From assembly GCA_009914755.4 (NCBI GenBank), contig CP086569.2, forward strand, positions 7,104,001-7,168,000: a stretch of 64,000 nucleotides of DNA, written 5' to 3'. The notes under the pieces are model-generated. The model made no database searches and was not told the DNA's origin. It worked only from the letters and a program-made list of their open reading frames with translations. A program made the position numbers and the translations under genes. Origin of the DNA: the human T2T-CHM13v2.0 reference genome, Homo sapiens. Positions 49,357 to 64,000 of this stretch are shown here, in pieces (position 1 is the stretch's first letter; each line of letters opens with the position of its first letter).

Positions 49357-49943
49357 ATTTGGTGCCAAAGACCCAGGTCACAGGGATTCCTTCGGGAGAC
49401 CAGGCCCCTGTCCTCACTCTCACTCCATGAAGGGATCCACCTATGACCTCGAGTCCTTAGACCAACCAGCCCAAGGAACATCTCACCAATCTCAAATTGG
49501 GTAAGTGGTATTTTCAATCTCTTCTCCAGCCTCTCTTGCTACCCTTCAGTCTCCCCGTCCTTCCAATTCCAGTTCTTTTTCCTCTCTGTTAGAGACAAAG
49601 GAGACACATTTTATCCATGAACCCAAAACTCTGGTGTCAGTCATGGACTGGAAAAGACAGCCGTCCTTGGTGTTTAATCATTGTGGGGACACCTGCCTGA
49701 TTATTCACCCACACTCTATTGGTGTTTAATCACTGCGGGGAAGTCTACCTGATTATTCACCCACATTCCATTGGTGTCTGGTCACCATGGGGATGACTGC
49801 CTTGGTCATTCACCCACATTCCCTTGGTGGCAAGTCAATTGCAAGGATGCCTGCTTTGGCTGCTCACCCACATTGCAGCCCAGGGCTGCTCCCCACCCCT
49901 TTTCTGTGTCTCTACCCTTCTCTTTAAACTTGCCTCCTTCACT

Positions 49944-50228
49944 ATGGGCAGCCTTCCACCCTCCATTCCTCCTTCTTCTCCCTTAGTCTGTGTTCTCAAG
50001 AACTTAAAACCTCTTCAACTCTCACCTGAGCTAAAATCTAAGCATCTTATTTTCTTCTGCAATATTGCTTGGCCCCAATACAAGCTCAACAGTAGTTCCA
50101 AGTGGCCAGAAAATGTCACTTTCAATTTGTCTATCCTACAAGATCTAGATAATTTTTGTCAAAAAATGGGCAAATGGTCAGAGGTGCCTGATGTCCAGGC
50201 ATTCTTTTACACATTGGTCCCTCCCTAG
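49944..50228 (+). pseudogene. HERV-H gag (matrix) N-terminal remnant
   Basis: MGSLPPSIPPSSPLVCVLKNLKPLQLSPELKSKHLIFFCNIAWPQYKLNSSSKWPENVTFNLSILQDLDNFCQKMGKWSEVPDVQAFFYTLVPP matches the well-known HERV-H Gag start (MGNLPPSIPPSSPLACVLKNLKPLQL...PDVQAFFYT). Confidence 0.85.
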
Positions 50229-52912
50229 CCTCTGCTCCCAATATGACTCATCCCAAATCTTTCTTCTTTCTCTCCTTTCTGTTCCTTCAGTCTCCACCCC
50301 AAGCTCTGGGTCCTTTGAATCCTTTTCTATGGAATCTTCTGACCTCTCCCCTTGTCCCTGGGCTGCTCCTTGCCAAGCTGAGCCAGGTCCCAATTCTTCC
50401 TCAGCCTCTGCTCCCTGACCCTGTAATCTTTCTATCACCTCCCCTCCTCACACCCAGTCTGGCTTACAGTTTTGTTCCATGACTAGCTCTCCCGCACTTG
50501 CCCAAAATTTCCTCTTAGAGAAGTGGCTGGAGCTGAAGACATAGTCAGGATACATGTGCCTTTTTCTCTATCAGACCTTTACCAAATCAGCCAGAGTTTA
50601 GGCTGTTTCTCATTAGACCCCACTAAATATATACAGGAATTCCGATATCTAACTCTGTCCTACAATTTAACCTGGAGTGACTTAAATGTCATCCTAACTT
50701 CTACCCTTTCCCCAGATGAATGGGAAAAAGTTTTTTCTCTAGCCCAATTTCATGCTAATAACCACCAGCTTCATGAGCCAGACCCCTAGGAAGGCATTAG
50801 AGCAGTTCCCTGGGAATATCCCCAATGGAACCATCAGGCAGATTCCCCAGGTATAGCTAGGCGAGATTACATGGTTTCCTGCCTAGTTGAAGAGCTTAAA
50901 AAGGCAGCTTACAAAGTTGTTAATTATGACAAATTTAAAGAAACTACCCAAAGTAAAGAGGAAAACCCAGCCCAGTTCATGGCCTGCTTAGTTAGCAGCA
51001 ACCCTTAGACACTTTACCACCCTAGAGCCAGAGGGGTCAGAAGGCCACCTTATTCCTAATATGCATTTTATCACCCAGTCAGCTCCTGACATTAGAAAAA
51101 AGCTTCAAAATTTGGAATCCAGCCCTCAAACCCCACAATAGGAATTAGTCAACCTCACCTTCAAGGTGTACAATAACAGAGAGGAGGTAGCCAGACAGCA
51201 ACACATTTCTGAGTTCAGCTACTTGCCTCCTCTGTAAGACAACCCACAGCCACATCTCAGCATACAAGAACTTCAGAACATGCAAGCCACAGGTCCCAGG
51301 CGCTCCTTCAAAACATCCTCATGGACCTTACTTCAAATGTCAAAAGCCTGGCCACTGGGCCTTAGAATGTCTGCAGTCTGGGATTCCTCCTGAGCCACGC
51401 CCTCTCTGTGCAGGCTCCCACTGGAGGTCAGACAGTCTGACTCACATCGCCACCACTCGTAAAGTCCCTGGAGCCCAAACCCAATGTTCCTTGGCTGACT
51501 CCTTCCCATATCTTATCAGCTTAGTGGCTGAAGACTGATGCTGCCTGATCACCTAGAAAGCCTCCTGGACCATCACGGATGCTTTGGGTAACTCTTACAG
51601 TGGAGGGCAAGTCCATCCCTTCTTAATCAATACAGAGGCTACCCACTCCACATTACCTTCTTTTCAAGGGCCTGTTTTGCTTGCCTCCATAACCATTGTG
51701 GGTATTCACAGCCACGCTGCTAAACCTCTTACAACTCCCCAACTCTGGTGCCAACTTGGACAACATTCTTTAATGTGATCCTTTTTAGTTATCCCCACCT
51801 GCCCAGCTCCCTTATTAGGTCAAGGCATTTTAAGTAAATTATCTGCTTCTCTGACTATTCCTGGGCTACAGCCACACCTCATTGCCACCTATTCCCCCAG
51901 TTTAAAGCCTCCTTCACATCCTTTCCTTGTATCTCCCTGCCTTAATCCGCAAGTATAGGACACCTCTACTCCCTCCTTGGTCACAGACGATGCCCTGCTT
52001 ACCATCCCACTAAAACCTAATCACCCTTACCCCGCTCAACTCCAGTATCCTATCCCATAACAGGCTTTAAGGGGATTAAAGCCTGTTACCACTCACCTGC
52101 TACAGCATGGGCTTCTAAAACCTATAAACTCTCCTTAACAATTCTCCCATTTTACCTGTCCAAAAACCAGACAAGACTTACAGGTTAGTTCAGGATCTGT
52201 GCCTTATCAACCAAATTGTCTTGCATATCCACTTCATGGTGCCAAACCCATATACTCTCCAACCTCAATACTTCCCTCCACAACCCCTCCATAACCCATT
52301 ATTCCATTCTGGATCTCAAACATGTTTTCTTTACTATTCCTTTGCACCCTTCATCCCAGCCTCTCTTTGTTTTCACTTAGACTGACCCTGACACCCATCA
52401 GGCTCAACAAATTACCTGGGCTTTACTGCCACAGGGCTTCACAAATAGCTCCCATTACTTCAGTCAAGCCCAAATTTCTTCCTCATCCATTACCTATCTT
52501 GACATAATCTTCAAGAAAACACACATGCTTTCCCTGCTGATTATGTTCAGCTAACCTCCCAAACCCCAACCACTTCTACAAAGCAACAACTCCTTTCCTT
52601 CCTAGGCATGGTTAGATACTCTGACTTTGTACACCTAGTTTTACCATCCTGAGTAAACCATTATATAAACTCATGAAAGCAAACTTAGCTGACCCCATGG
52701 ATCCTAAATCCTTTCACCACTCCTCTTTCCATTCCTTAAAAACAGCCCTAGAAATTGCCCCCACACTAGCTCTCCCTGACTCATCCGAACACTTCATTAC
52801 ACAAAGCCGAGGTGCAGGGCTGTGCAGTTGGAATTCATACACAAGGACCGGGACCATGCCCTGTAGCCTTTTTGTCCAAACAACTTGACCTTACTGTCTT
52901 AGGCTGGCCATC

Positions 52913-54035
<1,123 letters not shown>

Positions 54036-55046
54036 GTCACTCCCACTTACTCTCCCACTGAAACTTCCACCTATCAATCTCTTCCCACACAAGGCAAATG
54101 GTTCTTGGACCAAGAAAAATATCTCCTTCCAGTCTCACAGCCCCATTCTATTCTGTCATCATTTCAGAACCTCTTCCATGTAGGTTACAAGCCATTAGAC
54201 TGCCTCTTAAAACCTCTCATTTCCTTTCCATCATGAATATCTATCCCCAGTCCTCATTCTTGACTCCCTCTTGGAGTGGATAGATGATCTTTGCTGACAG
54301 GATACACTCTAACACTTTCACCCTTATGAAGTCTTATTCTTTACTTTTATACTCACTCTTGCTCTCGTTCACATTCTTATGCCATCCTCTACCTCTCCCC
54401 AGCTATCTCCACCACACTATCAATCTCACTCACTCCTAGCCATTTCTAATCCTTCTTTAACAAACAATAGCTGGCTTTGCATTTCTCTTTCCTCCAAAAT
54501 CACTGAGGCCTCAATTTACTCACTGCTGAAAAAGGAGGACTCTGTATATTTTTAAATGAAGAGAGTTGTTTTTACCTAAATCAATCTGGCCTGGTATATG
54601 ACAACATAAAAAAACTCAAGGATAGAGCCCAAAAACTTGCAAACCAACCAAATAATTATGCAGAATCCCCTTGGGCACTCTCTAATTGGATGTCCTGGGC
54701 CCTCCCAATTCTTAGTCCTTTAATACCTGTTTTTCTCCTTCTCTTATTTGAACCTTGTGTTTTCCTTTTAGTTTCTCAATTCACACAAAACGGCATCCAG
54801 GCCATCACCAATCATTTTATACAACAAAGGCTTCTTCTAACAATCCCACAATATCACCCCTTACCTGAAAATCTTTCTTCAGTTTAATCTCTCCCACTCT
54901 AGGTTCCCATGCCATCCCTAATCCTGCTCAAAGTAGCCCTGAGAAATATCACCCATTATCTCTCCATACCGCGCCCCAACATTTTCACCACCCTAACACT
55001 TTACCACTATTTTGTTATTTTTCTTATTAATATAAGAAGACAGGAA

Positions 55047-55862
<816 letters not shown>

Positions 55863-56689
55863 GGTCTTTCTTTAAGCCTCTTTTTGCTTTTATAGTATTT
55901 ATCAATAGATTTATACCCAAAAGTTAACTATTCTCTATTTTACTAAAAATCATGTCATGGAATGCTTCTTAATACTGTTTCCCTAATTTGCTTTTAGTAC
56001 TTATTGCTCATAAAAGCATTCCTGACTTTAATCACCTTTTTTTCCCATCTTCCGTAAATGGCTTACTTCACAATGTTTCCTTCCAAAATGACTTCAATAT
56101 CGCCTCTAACAGGATAACTTGTAAACCTAAATCTCTAGCCCTATCAATTTTTCTACGTACAAACCCACATTTGAACACAATTATTTGCTGCTATTGTTAC
56201 ATAATAGCCAATCTTACTTATCAATTGAAGTTGATCTTCTTGATCAATAATGCAAGGTGATACATTATGGGATTTGGGGGATAGGAGTATAAATGAAACA
56301 ATAAAACATTTCCAAAGACAAAGTACATTACCAGCTAATTTCAGTAATTTACATATTAGTTCATCTCTCTCCAATAAATATTACATTATTTTTTAAAAAA
56401 CACATGAGAGGGAATGCCTTATACTCTTTTGCAGCACTGTTGAGTCTATCATGATTTCAAAATTCAAAGTTGAAAAATGTTTACAGAGTAAGCGGATTAA
56501 AGACAGGGAAAAAATCCATTTAGAGTTCCTCTTATGCTCGGAAATTAAGTAATAGAACTATACACGTGTCACTACAGTTGGAAAAAGCTTTAGAGATGAT
56601 CTGGTCCAGACGAGGAAATTGAGACCAAGAGGGTTTTATTATCATTATATAAGTTCAAATGCCTCAGAATTGGTAGAAAAATCAGTTTC

Positions 56690-57041
<352 letters not shown>

Positions 57042-57523
57042 TAATAACAGATAATGATTGGCAATGTGTTTATACAAGTTAGAATCTGATAATTCAAATG
57101 ATGCCTTTATTTTAGTTTTTATTTTTTATGTATTGGAGCTAAAAATTTTATGAAAAGTTGGGATGGGTGATAATTAGCCAGACCCCATAACATCTAATTT
57201 TTTAGGGTATGCATCAGACAAATGGCACAGAGACCAAGGGGAAAGTAGAGAGGTCAGCACAGAGACTGGGTGGAAAAATAAAATTTTCAAGAAACTATAG
57301 ACAGTCCTGCTCTTGTTAGGAGTGTTCATCCTGAAACAAGTTCCCAAGTTAGGATGCCAGCAATTCTGAGCAATAAAGACACCATGTGGAAATTAAAACT
57401 CCTATAGATGGTGCATGTCCCAGAGGAAAACCACAAGGTTATCATAATTGACAGATCTTTAATTCTATCACTGTTGTTGCTAAAACTTTAGTGTGGCATT
57501 TGTAAACCAAAAATACAGTTCTA

Positions 57524-57893
<370 letters not shown>

Positions 57894-58582
57894 TTTAACC
57901 TGGAAGATTGGTTCAAGCCATGATGAAAAGTGGAGTTGCACGTGCCTCATTAGAGCCCTCCATCATTAACATCAAAACAGACCTTACTTCTGATAAGAAA
58001 CATTTACAATCTATTCTCTCTGAAGCCTGCTACCTGGGGGCTTCATCTGCATGATAGAACTTCAGTCTCTCATCCCCTATCTTAATCTAGATATTTCCTT
58101 TCTATTGACCCCAGGTCTTTAGATAAACTCAACCAATTGCCAGTCAGAAAAACATTAAATCCATCTATAACCTGAATCCTAGCCCCCTGACTCCCAGCCT
58201 GAATCAAGTTGTCCCACCTCTCTGGGTACAACCTTAAATGTATTTGACCAAAGTCTCATTTCTCCCTAAAATGTATAAAACCAAGTTGTGCCCCAATCAC
58301 CTTGGGCACATGATCTCAGGAGATCCTGAGGGCTGTGTTATGGGTCATGGTCATGTGTGCTCAAAATAAATCTCTTCAAATAATTTTCCAGAGTTTGACA
58401 GTTTTTGTTGACATATTTTTGAAAAATGTGTTGTTATATAATTTTCCGCTGCTTGAAAATATGCTCCAGTTGCCACTGAGTTAATGATTCTCTAGTTGCA
58501 TATTTCTCTGCTCCCAATTCCCTCAACCACATGATTCCACCAGTGAACACACTTAACCCAGCTTTATTAAAAATCTGTGATC

Positions 58583-60848
<2,266 letters not shown>

Positions 60849-61701
60849 GGCCAGGTGTGGTGGCTCATGCCTGTAATCCCAGCACTTTGAGAGGCCTAGG
60901 CAGGTGTATCATGAGGTCAGGAGATTGAGACCATCCTGCCTAATGCAGTGAATGTAGGGAAGAGGCCCCCCAAAATCTGGCTATAAACGGGCCCCAAAAC
61001 TGGCCATAAACAAAATCTTTGCAGCACTCTGACATGCTCATGATGGTCATTACACTCATGCCAGAAGATTGTGGGTTTACTGGAATTAGGGCAAGGAACA
61101 CCTGGCCCACCCAGGGTGGAACACTGCTTAAAGACATTCTTAAACCAAAAACAATAGCATGAGCTATCTGTACCTTAAGGGCATGTTCCTGCTGCAGATA
61201 ACTAGCTAGACCCATCCCTTTATTTCAGCCCATCCCTTTGTTTCCCATAAGGGATACTTTTAGTTAATTGAATATCTATAGAAACAATGCTAATGACTGG
61301 CTTGCTGTTAATAAATACGTGGGTAAATCTCTGTTTGGGGCTCTCAGCTCTGAAGGCTGTGAGACTTCTGATTTCCCATGTTACACCTCTATATTTCTGT
61401 GTGTGTGTCTTTAATTCCTCTAGTGCTGCTAGGTTAGGGTCTCCCCAACCAAGCTGGCCTCTTCAGTGAAACCCCATCTCTACTAAAAATACAAAAAATT
61501 AGCTGGACATGGTTGCAGGCTCCTGTAGTCCTGTCTACTCGGGAGGCTGAGGCAGGGGAATGGTAAGCGGGATGGCGTATGGAACCTGGGGAATGGAACC
61601 TGGGTAATGGAACCTGGGAGGTGGAGCTTGCAGTGAGTCAAGATTGTGCCACTGCACTCCAGCCTGGGTGACAGCATGAGACTCCATCTCAAAAAAAAAA
61701 A
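60849..61701 (+). mobile_element. Alu inserted in the L1 (TSD aaaagtcag(g)aaa), itself split at 60962/61466 by a solo-LTR insertion
   Basis: Left part ggccaggtgtggtggctcatgcctgtaatcccagcactttgagaggcctaggcaggtgtatcatgaggtcaggagattgagaccatcctgcctaatgca. It resumes gtgaaaccccatctctactaaaaatacaaaaaattagctggacatggttgcaggctcctgtagtcctgtctactcgggaggctgaggcagg...cactgcactccagcctgggtgacagcatgagactccatctcaaaaaaaaaaag. L1 flank before is ttaaaaagtcagaaaatg, after is gtcaggaaacaacag. Confidence 0.85.
60963..61465 (+). mobile_element. solo LTR (~503 bp, TG...CA termini, 5-bp TSD GTGAA) inserted into the Alu. ERV family unassigned (possibly HERV-E/LTR2-like, unverified)
   Basis: Starts tgtagggaagaggcccccc, ends ...ctccccaaccaagctggcctcttca. 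GTGAA occurs immediately before the start (60958-60962) and after the end (61466-70). Contains gttaataaatacgtgggtaaatctctgtttggggctctcagctctgaaggctgtgagac (poly(A) signal plus R/U5-like). Confidence 0.7.
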
Positions 61702-62358
61702 GTCAGGAAACAACAGATGCTGGAGAGCATGTGGAGAAATAGGAATGCTTTTACACTGTTGGTGGGAGTATAAATTAGTTCAATCATTGTGGAAGACGTG
61801 TGGTGATTCCTCAAGGATCTAGAACTAGAAATACCATTTGACCCAGCAATATCATTCCTGGGTATATACCCAAAGGATTATAAATCATTCTACTATAAAG
61901 ACACTATAAAGACACATGCACCCATATGTTTATTGCAGCACTCTTCACAATAGCAAAGATTTGGAACCAACCCAAATGTCCATCAATGATAGATTGGAGA
62001 AACAAAATGTGGCATATATACACCATGGAATACTACACAGCCACAAAAAATGATGAGTTCATGTCCTTTGCAGGGACATGGATGAAGCTGGAAACCATTG
62101 TTCTCAGCTAACTAACACAAGAACAGAAAACCAAACACTGCATGTTTTCACTCATAAGTGGAAGTTGAACAATGAGAACACATGGACACAGGGAAGGGAA
62201 CATCACACATAGGGGCCTGTTTTGGGGTTGGGAGCTAAGGGAAGGATAGTAGGTGACAGGTTGATGGGTGCAGCAAACTGCTGTGGCACATGTATAACTA
62301 CGTAAGAAAACTGCACATTCTGCACATGTACCCCAGAACTTAAAGTATAAAAAAAAAC
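61702..62358 (+). mobile_element. L1PA 3' end (ORF2 C-terminus plus 3' UTR plus poly(A)), continuing the 3' arm
   Basis: tcaggaaacaacagatgctggagagcatgtggagaaataggaatgcttttacactgttggtgggag...ggtatatacccaaaggattataaatcattctactataaagacac...ggaaccaacccaaatgtccatcaatgatagattgg...gggtgcagcaaactgctgtggcacatgtataactacgtaagaaaactgcacattctgcacatgtaccccagaacttaaagtataaaaaaaaa. Confidence 0.9.
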
Positions 62359-62612
62359 TACGGTCGTGGAGGCTGAGTTGACATTAAGTGCTTTGTAAAC
62401 ATTTTCCTTGAAAGGAGAACCCCTCACCTCAGAATGTCTGGAATCCATTCTTTAAGGGGAGCATTTCATGAGTGAAGTGACATATATGTCACTTTCATGG
62501 GAAGAGGGAAGATTCTGAAAATATTTCAAGAACATATTTAAATATTTAAACCACAGCAAATTGGTGTGGTTTTCTACTCTGCTGGAAGGACAAAGAGTCA
62601 TAGCTGACCCAA

Positions 62613-62640
62613 ACAAAACAAAACAAAACAAAACAAAACC
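62613..62640. repeat. (CAAAA)n
   Basis: caaacaaaacaaaacaaaacaaaacaaaacc. Confidence 0.9.
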
Positions 62641-62670
62641 ATACACGTGTGCATACAAAGAATCGTTCTT

Positions 62671-62961
62671 GGCTGGGCATGGTGGCTCATGCCTGTAATC
62701 CCAGAACTTTGGGTGGCCAAGGCAGGTGGATCACGAGGTCAGGAGATCGAGACCATCTTGGCTAACATGGTGAAAACCCATTCTACTAAAAATACAAAAA
62801 ATTAGCCTGATGTGGTGGTGGGTGCCTGTAGTCCCAGCTACTCAGGAGGCTGAGGCAGGAGAATGGCAGGAACCTGGGAGGCAACTCTTGCAGTGAACCA
62901 AGATCATGCCACTGCTCTTCAGCCTGGGTGACAGAGCGAGACTCTTTCTCAAAAAAAAAAA
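62671..62961 (+). mobile_element. Alu (AluS/Y-like)
   Basis: ggctgggcatggtggctcatgcctgtaatcccagaactttgggtggccaaggcaggtggatcacgaggtcaggagatcgagaccatcttggctaacatggtgaaaacccattctactaaaaatacaaaaaattagcctgatgtggtggtgggtgcctgtagtcccagctactcaggaggctgaggcaggagaatggcaggaacctgggaggcaactcttgcagtgaaccaagatcatgccactgctcttcagcctgggtgacagagcgagactctttctcaaaaaaaaaaag. Confidence 0.9.
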
Positions 62962-63896
62962 GAATCATTTTCTAGAAAAAATGCATTGCATATGCTAAAT
63001 CTTCTAGCATTGAAGAGAATACTTGCAAAGCCTGTACATTATTCCAGAGTTAACATCCATGACAGGGATTGAGTATCATGGTCCCTATCAAGTTAATTAC
63101 TAAAGGATGCTTAACAGCAGAGAGGGAGGGCCACAAATTACTCCTCATCTGCACCATCTGTCACAGGGAATCAATATTTTTATGATGATGACATATTCAC
63201 CATTAATGCATGGAATACTCTATACCAAAAACTTGTGCAATTATGTCTTTAATCACCATTCAAGATCATACTTATCCTAAATTGTGTTCCGTAGGCATTT
63301 CTCAGCCATCTCTCTCTTTTCTGTTGATCAAAGGCCAATGTGAGATAATTCCTAAAAGAACTCTAAAATCTCCAGGACATAACACCAGCATTGCTCAGAT
63401 CACATTGTCTTGTGATTTCCAGCTTAATTAGTTGTGTGTTCTCTACTCAATGAAGACTGAGAAGTGTTTGACCACAGGGATGTTGCATCACACATATTTG
63501 TGCTGATAATTACTTTATATAGAAATATATTCAGATATTTTTTCATACCCTGTGAATGCTCTTTCGCTCAGGGCTTAGAATGCATGAAGGCAAAGAATTC
63601 CACAGCTTCAAGAGATGGATGGACACTTACTTAGAAAAAAGCAACATTCTTCTGCTTTGACTCTTGAATTATTATCATGGTTTTTGGTTTGAACCCTTTT
63701 TAAGATGGTTGGCTTGAAAGCCAGCATTTGTAGAGGGAAAAAATGTAGAATATCTTTGTGTATATTGAGACAAATGTTCAGGGAACTGATCCATACATTT
63801 CTTTAATCTTTGAAACTTTTAAGAACTTTAGAGAAATTAACCATTTAAATTTGAGATAGTTTTAGATTCACACACAGTTGTAAGAAATAACACAGG

Positions 63897-64000
63897 GATT
63901 TGGGAGGCCACAGCTGGTGGATTATTTGAAGTCAAGAGTTTGAGACAAACCTGGCCAAGGTGGTGAAACCACATCTCTACTAAAAACACAAAAAAATTAC
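63897..64000 (+). mobile_element. Alu, partial (begins mid left arm, runs off the window end)
   Basis: gggaggccacagctggtggattatttgaagtcaagagtttgagacaaacctggccaaggtggtgaaaccacatctctactaaaaacacaaaaaaattac. Confidence 0.8.

Overview
This window is primate, almost certainly human, nuclear DNA. It is AT-rich and repeat-dense, and I found no convincing protein-coding gene, RNA gene or CpG island. Nearly everything I can support is transposable-element or tandem-repeat sequence. There are about 25 Alu copies in both orientations and several older L1 3' ends. There is one roughly full-length but degraded L1PA on the minus strand (22.5-28.3 kb), directly abutted by a second truncated L1. A twin-priming-type inverted L1 (58.6-62.4 kb) later received an Alu, and that Alu in turn received a solo LTR. 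A nearly complete HERV-H provirus with two LTR7 LTRs and a 5-bp target-site duplication (48.9-55.5 kb) carries a young AluY in its RNase H region. There are several MaLR (MLT1/MST-like) LTRs. Two copies of one hAT-type MITE lie in opposite orientation, and one has a perfect 8-bp TSD. There are also MADE1 fragments and many simple or low-complexity repeats: a 450-bp GA-rich purine tract, a (GGTGAT)n array, ATCT/GATA arrays, a 54-bp minisatellite, and kilobase-scale TA-rich tracts. The premise of a previously undescribed biological system is not supported by what I can read. There is no operon-like gene arrangement, CRISPR array or long intact ORF outside retroelements. The six-frame ORFs are artefacts of repeats or retroelement remnants. 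The most interesting points are structural: the HERV-H provirus, nested and twin-primed insertions, candidate VNTRs, and AT-rich or purine tracts with non-B DNA potential. One weak candidate exon is flagged with low confidence. Coordinates are by eye, about +/-10 bp. Family assignments come from remembered consensus motifs, not database searches.
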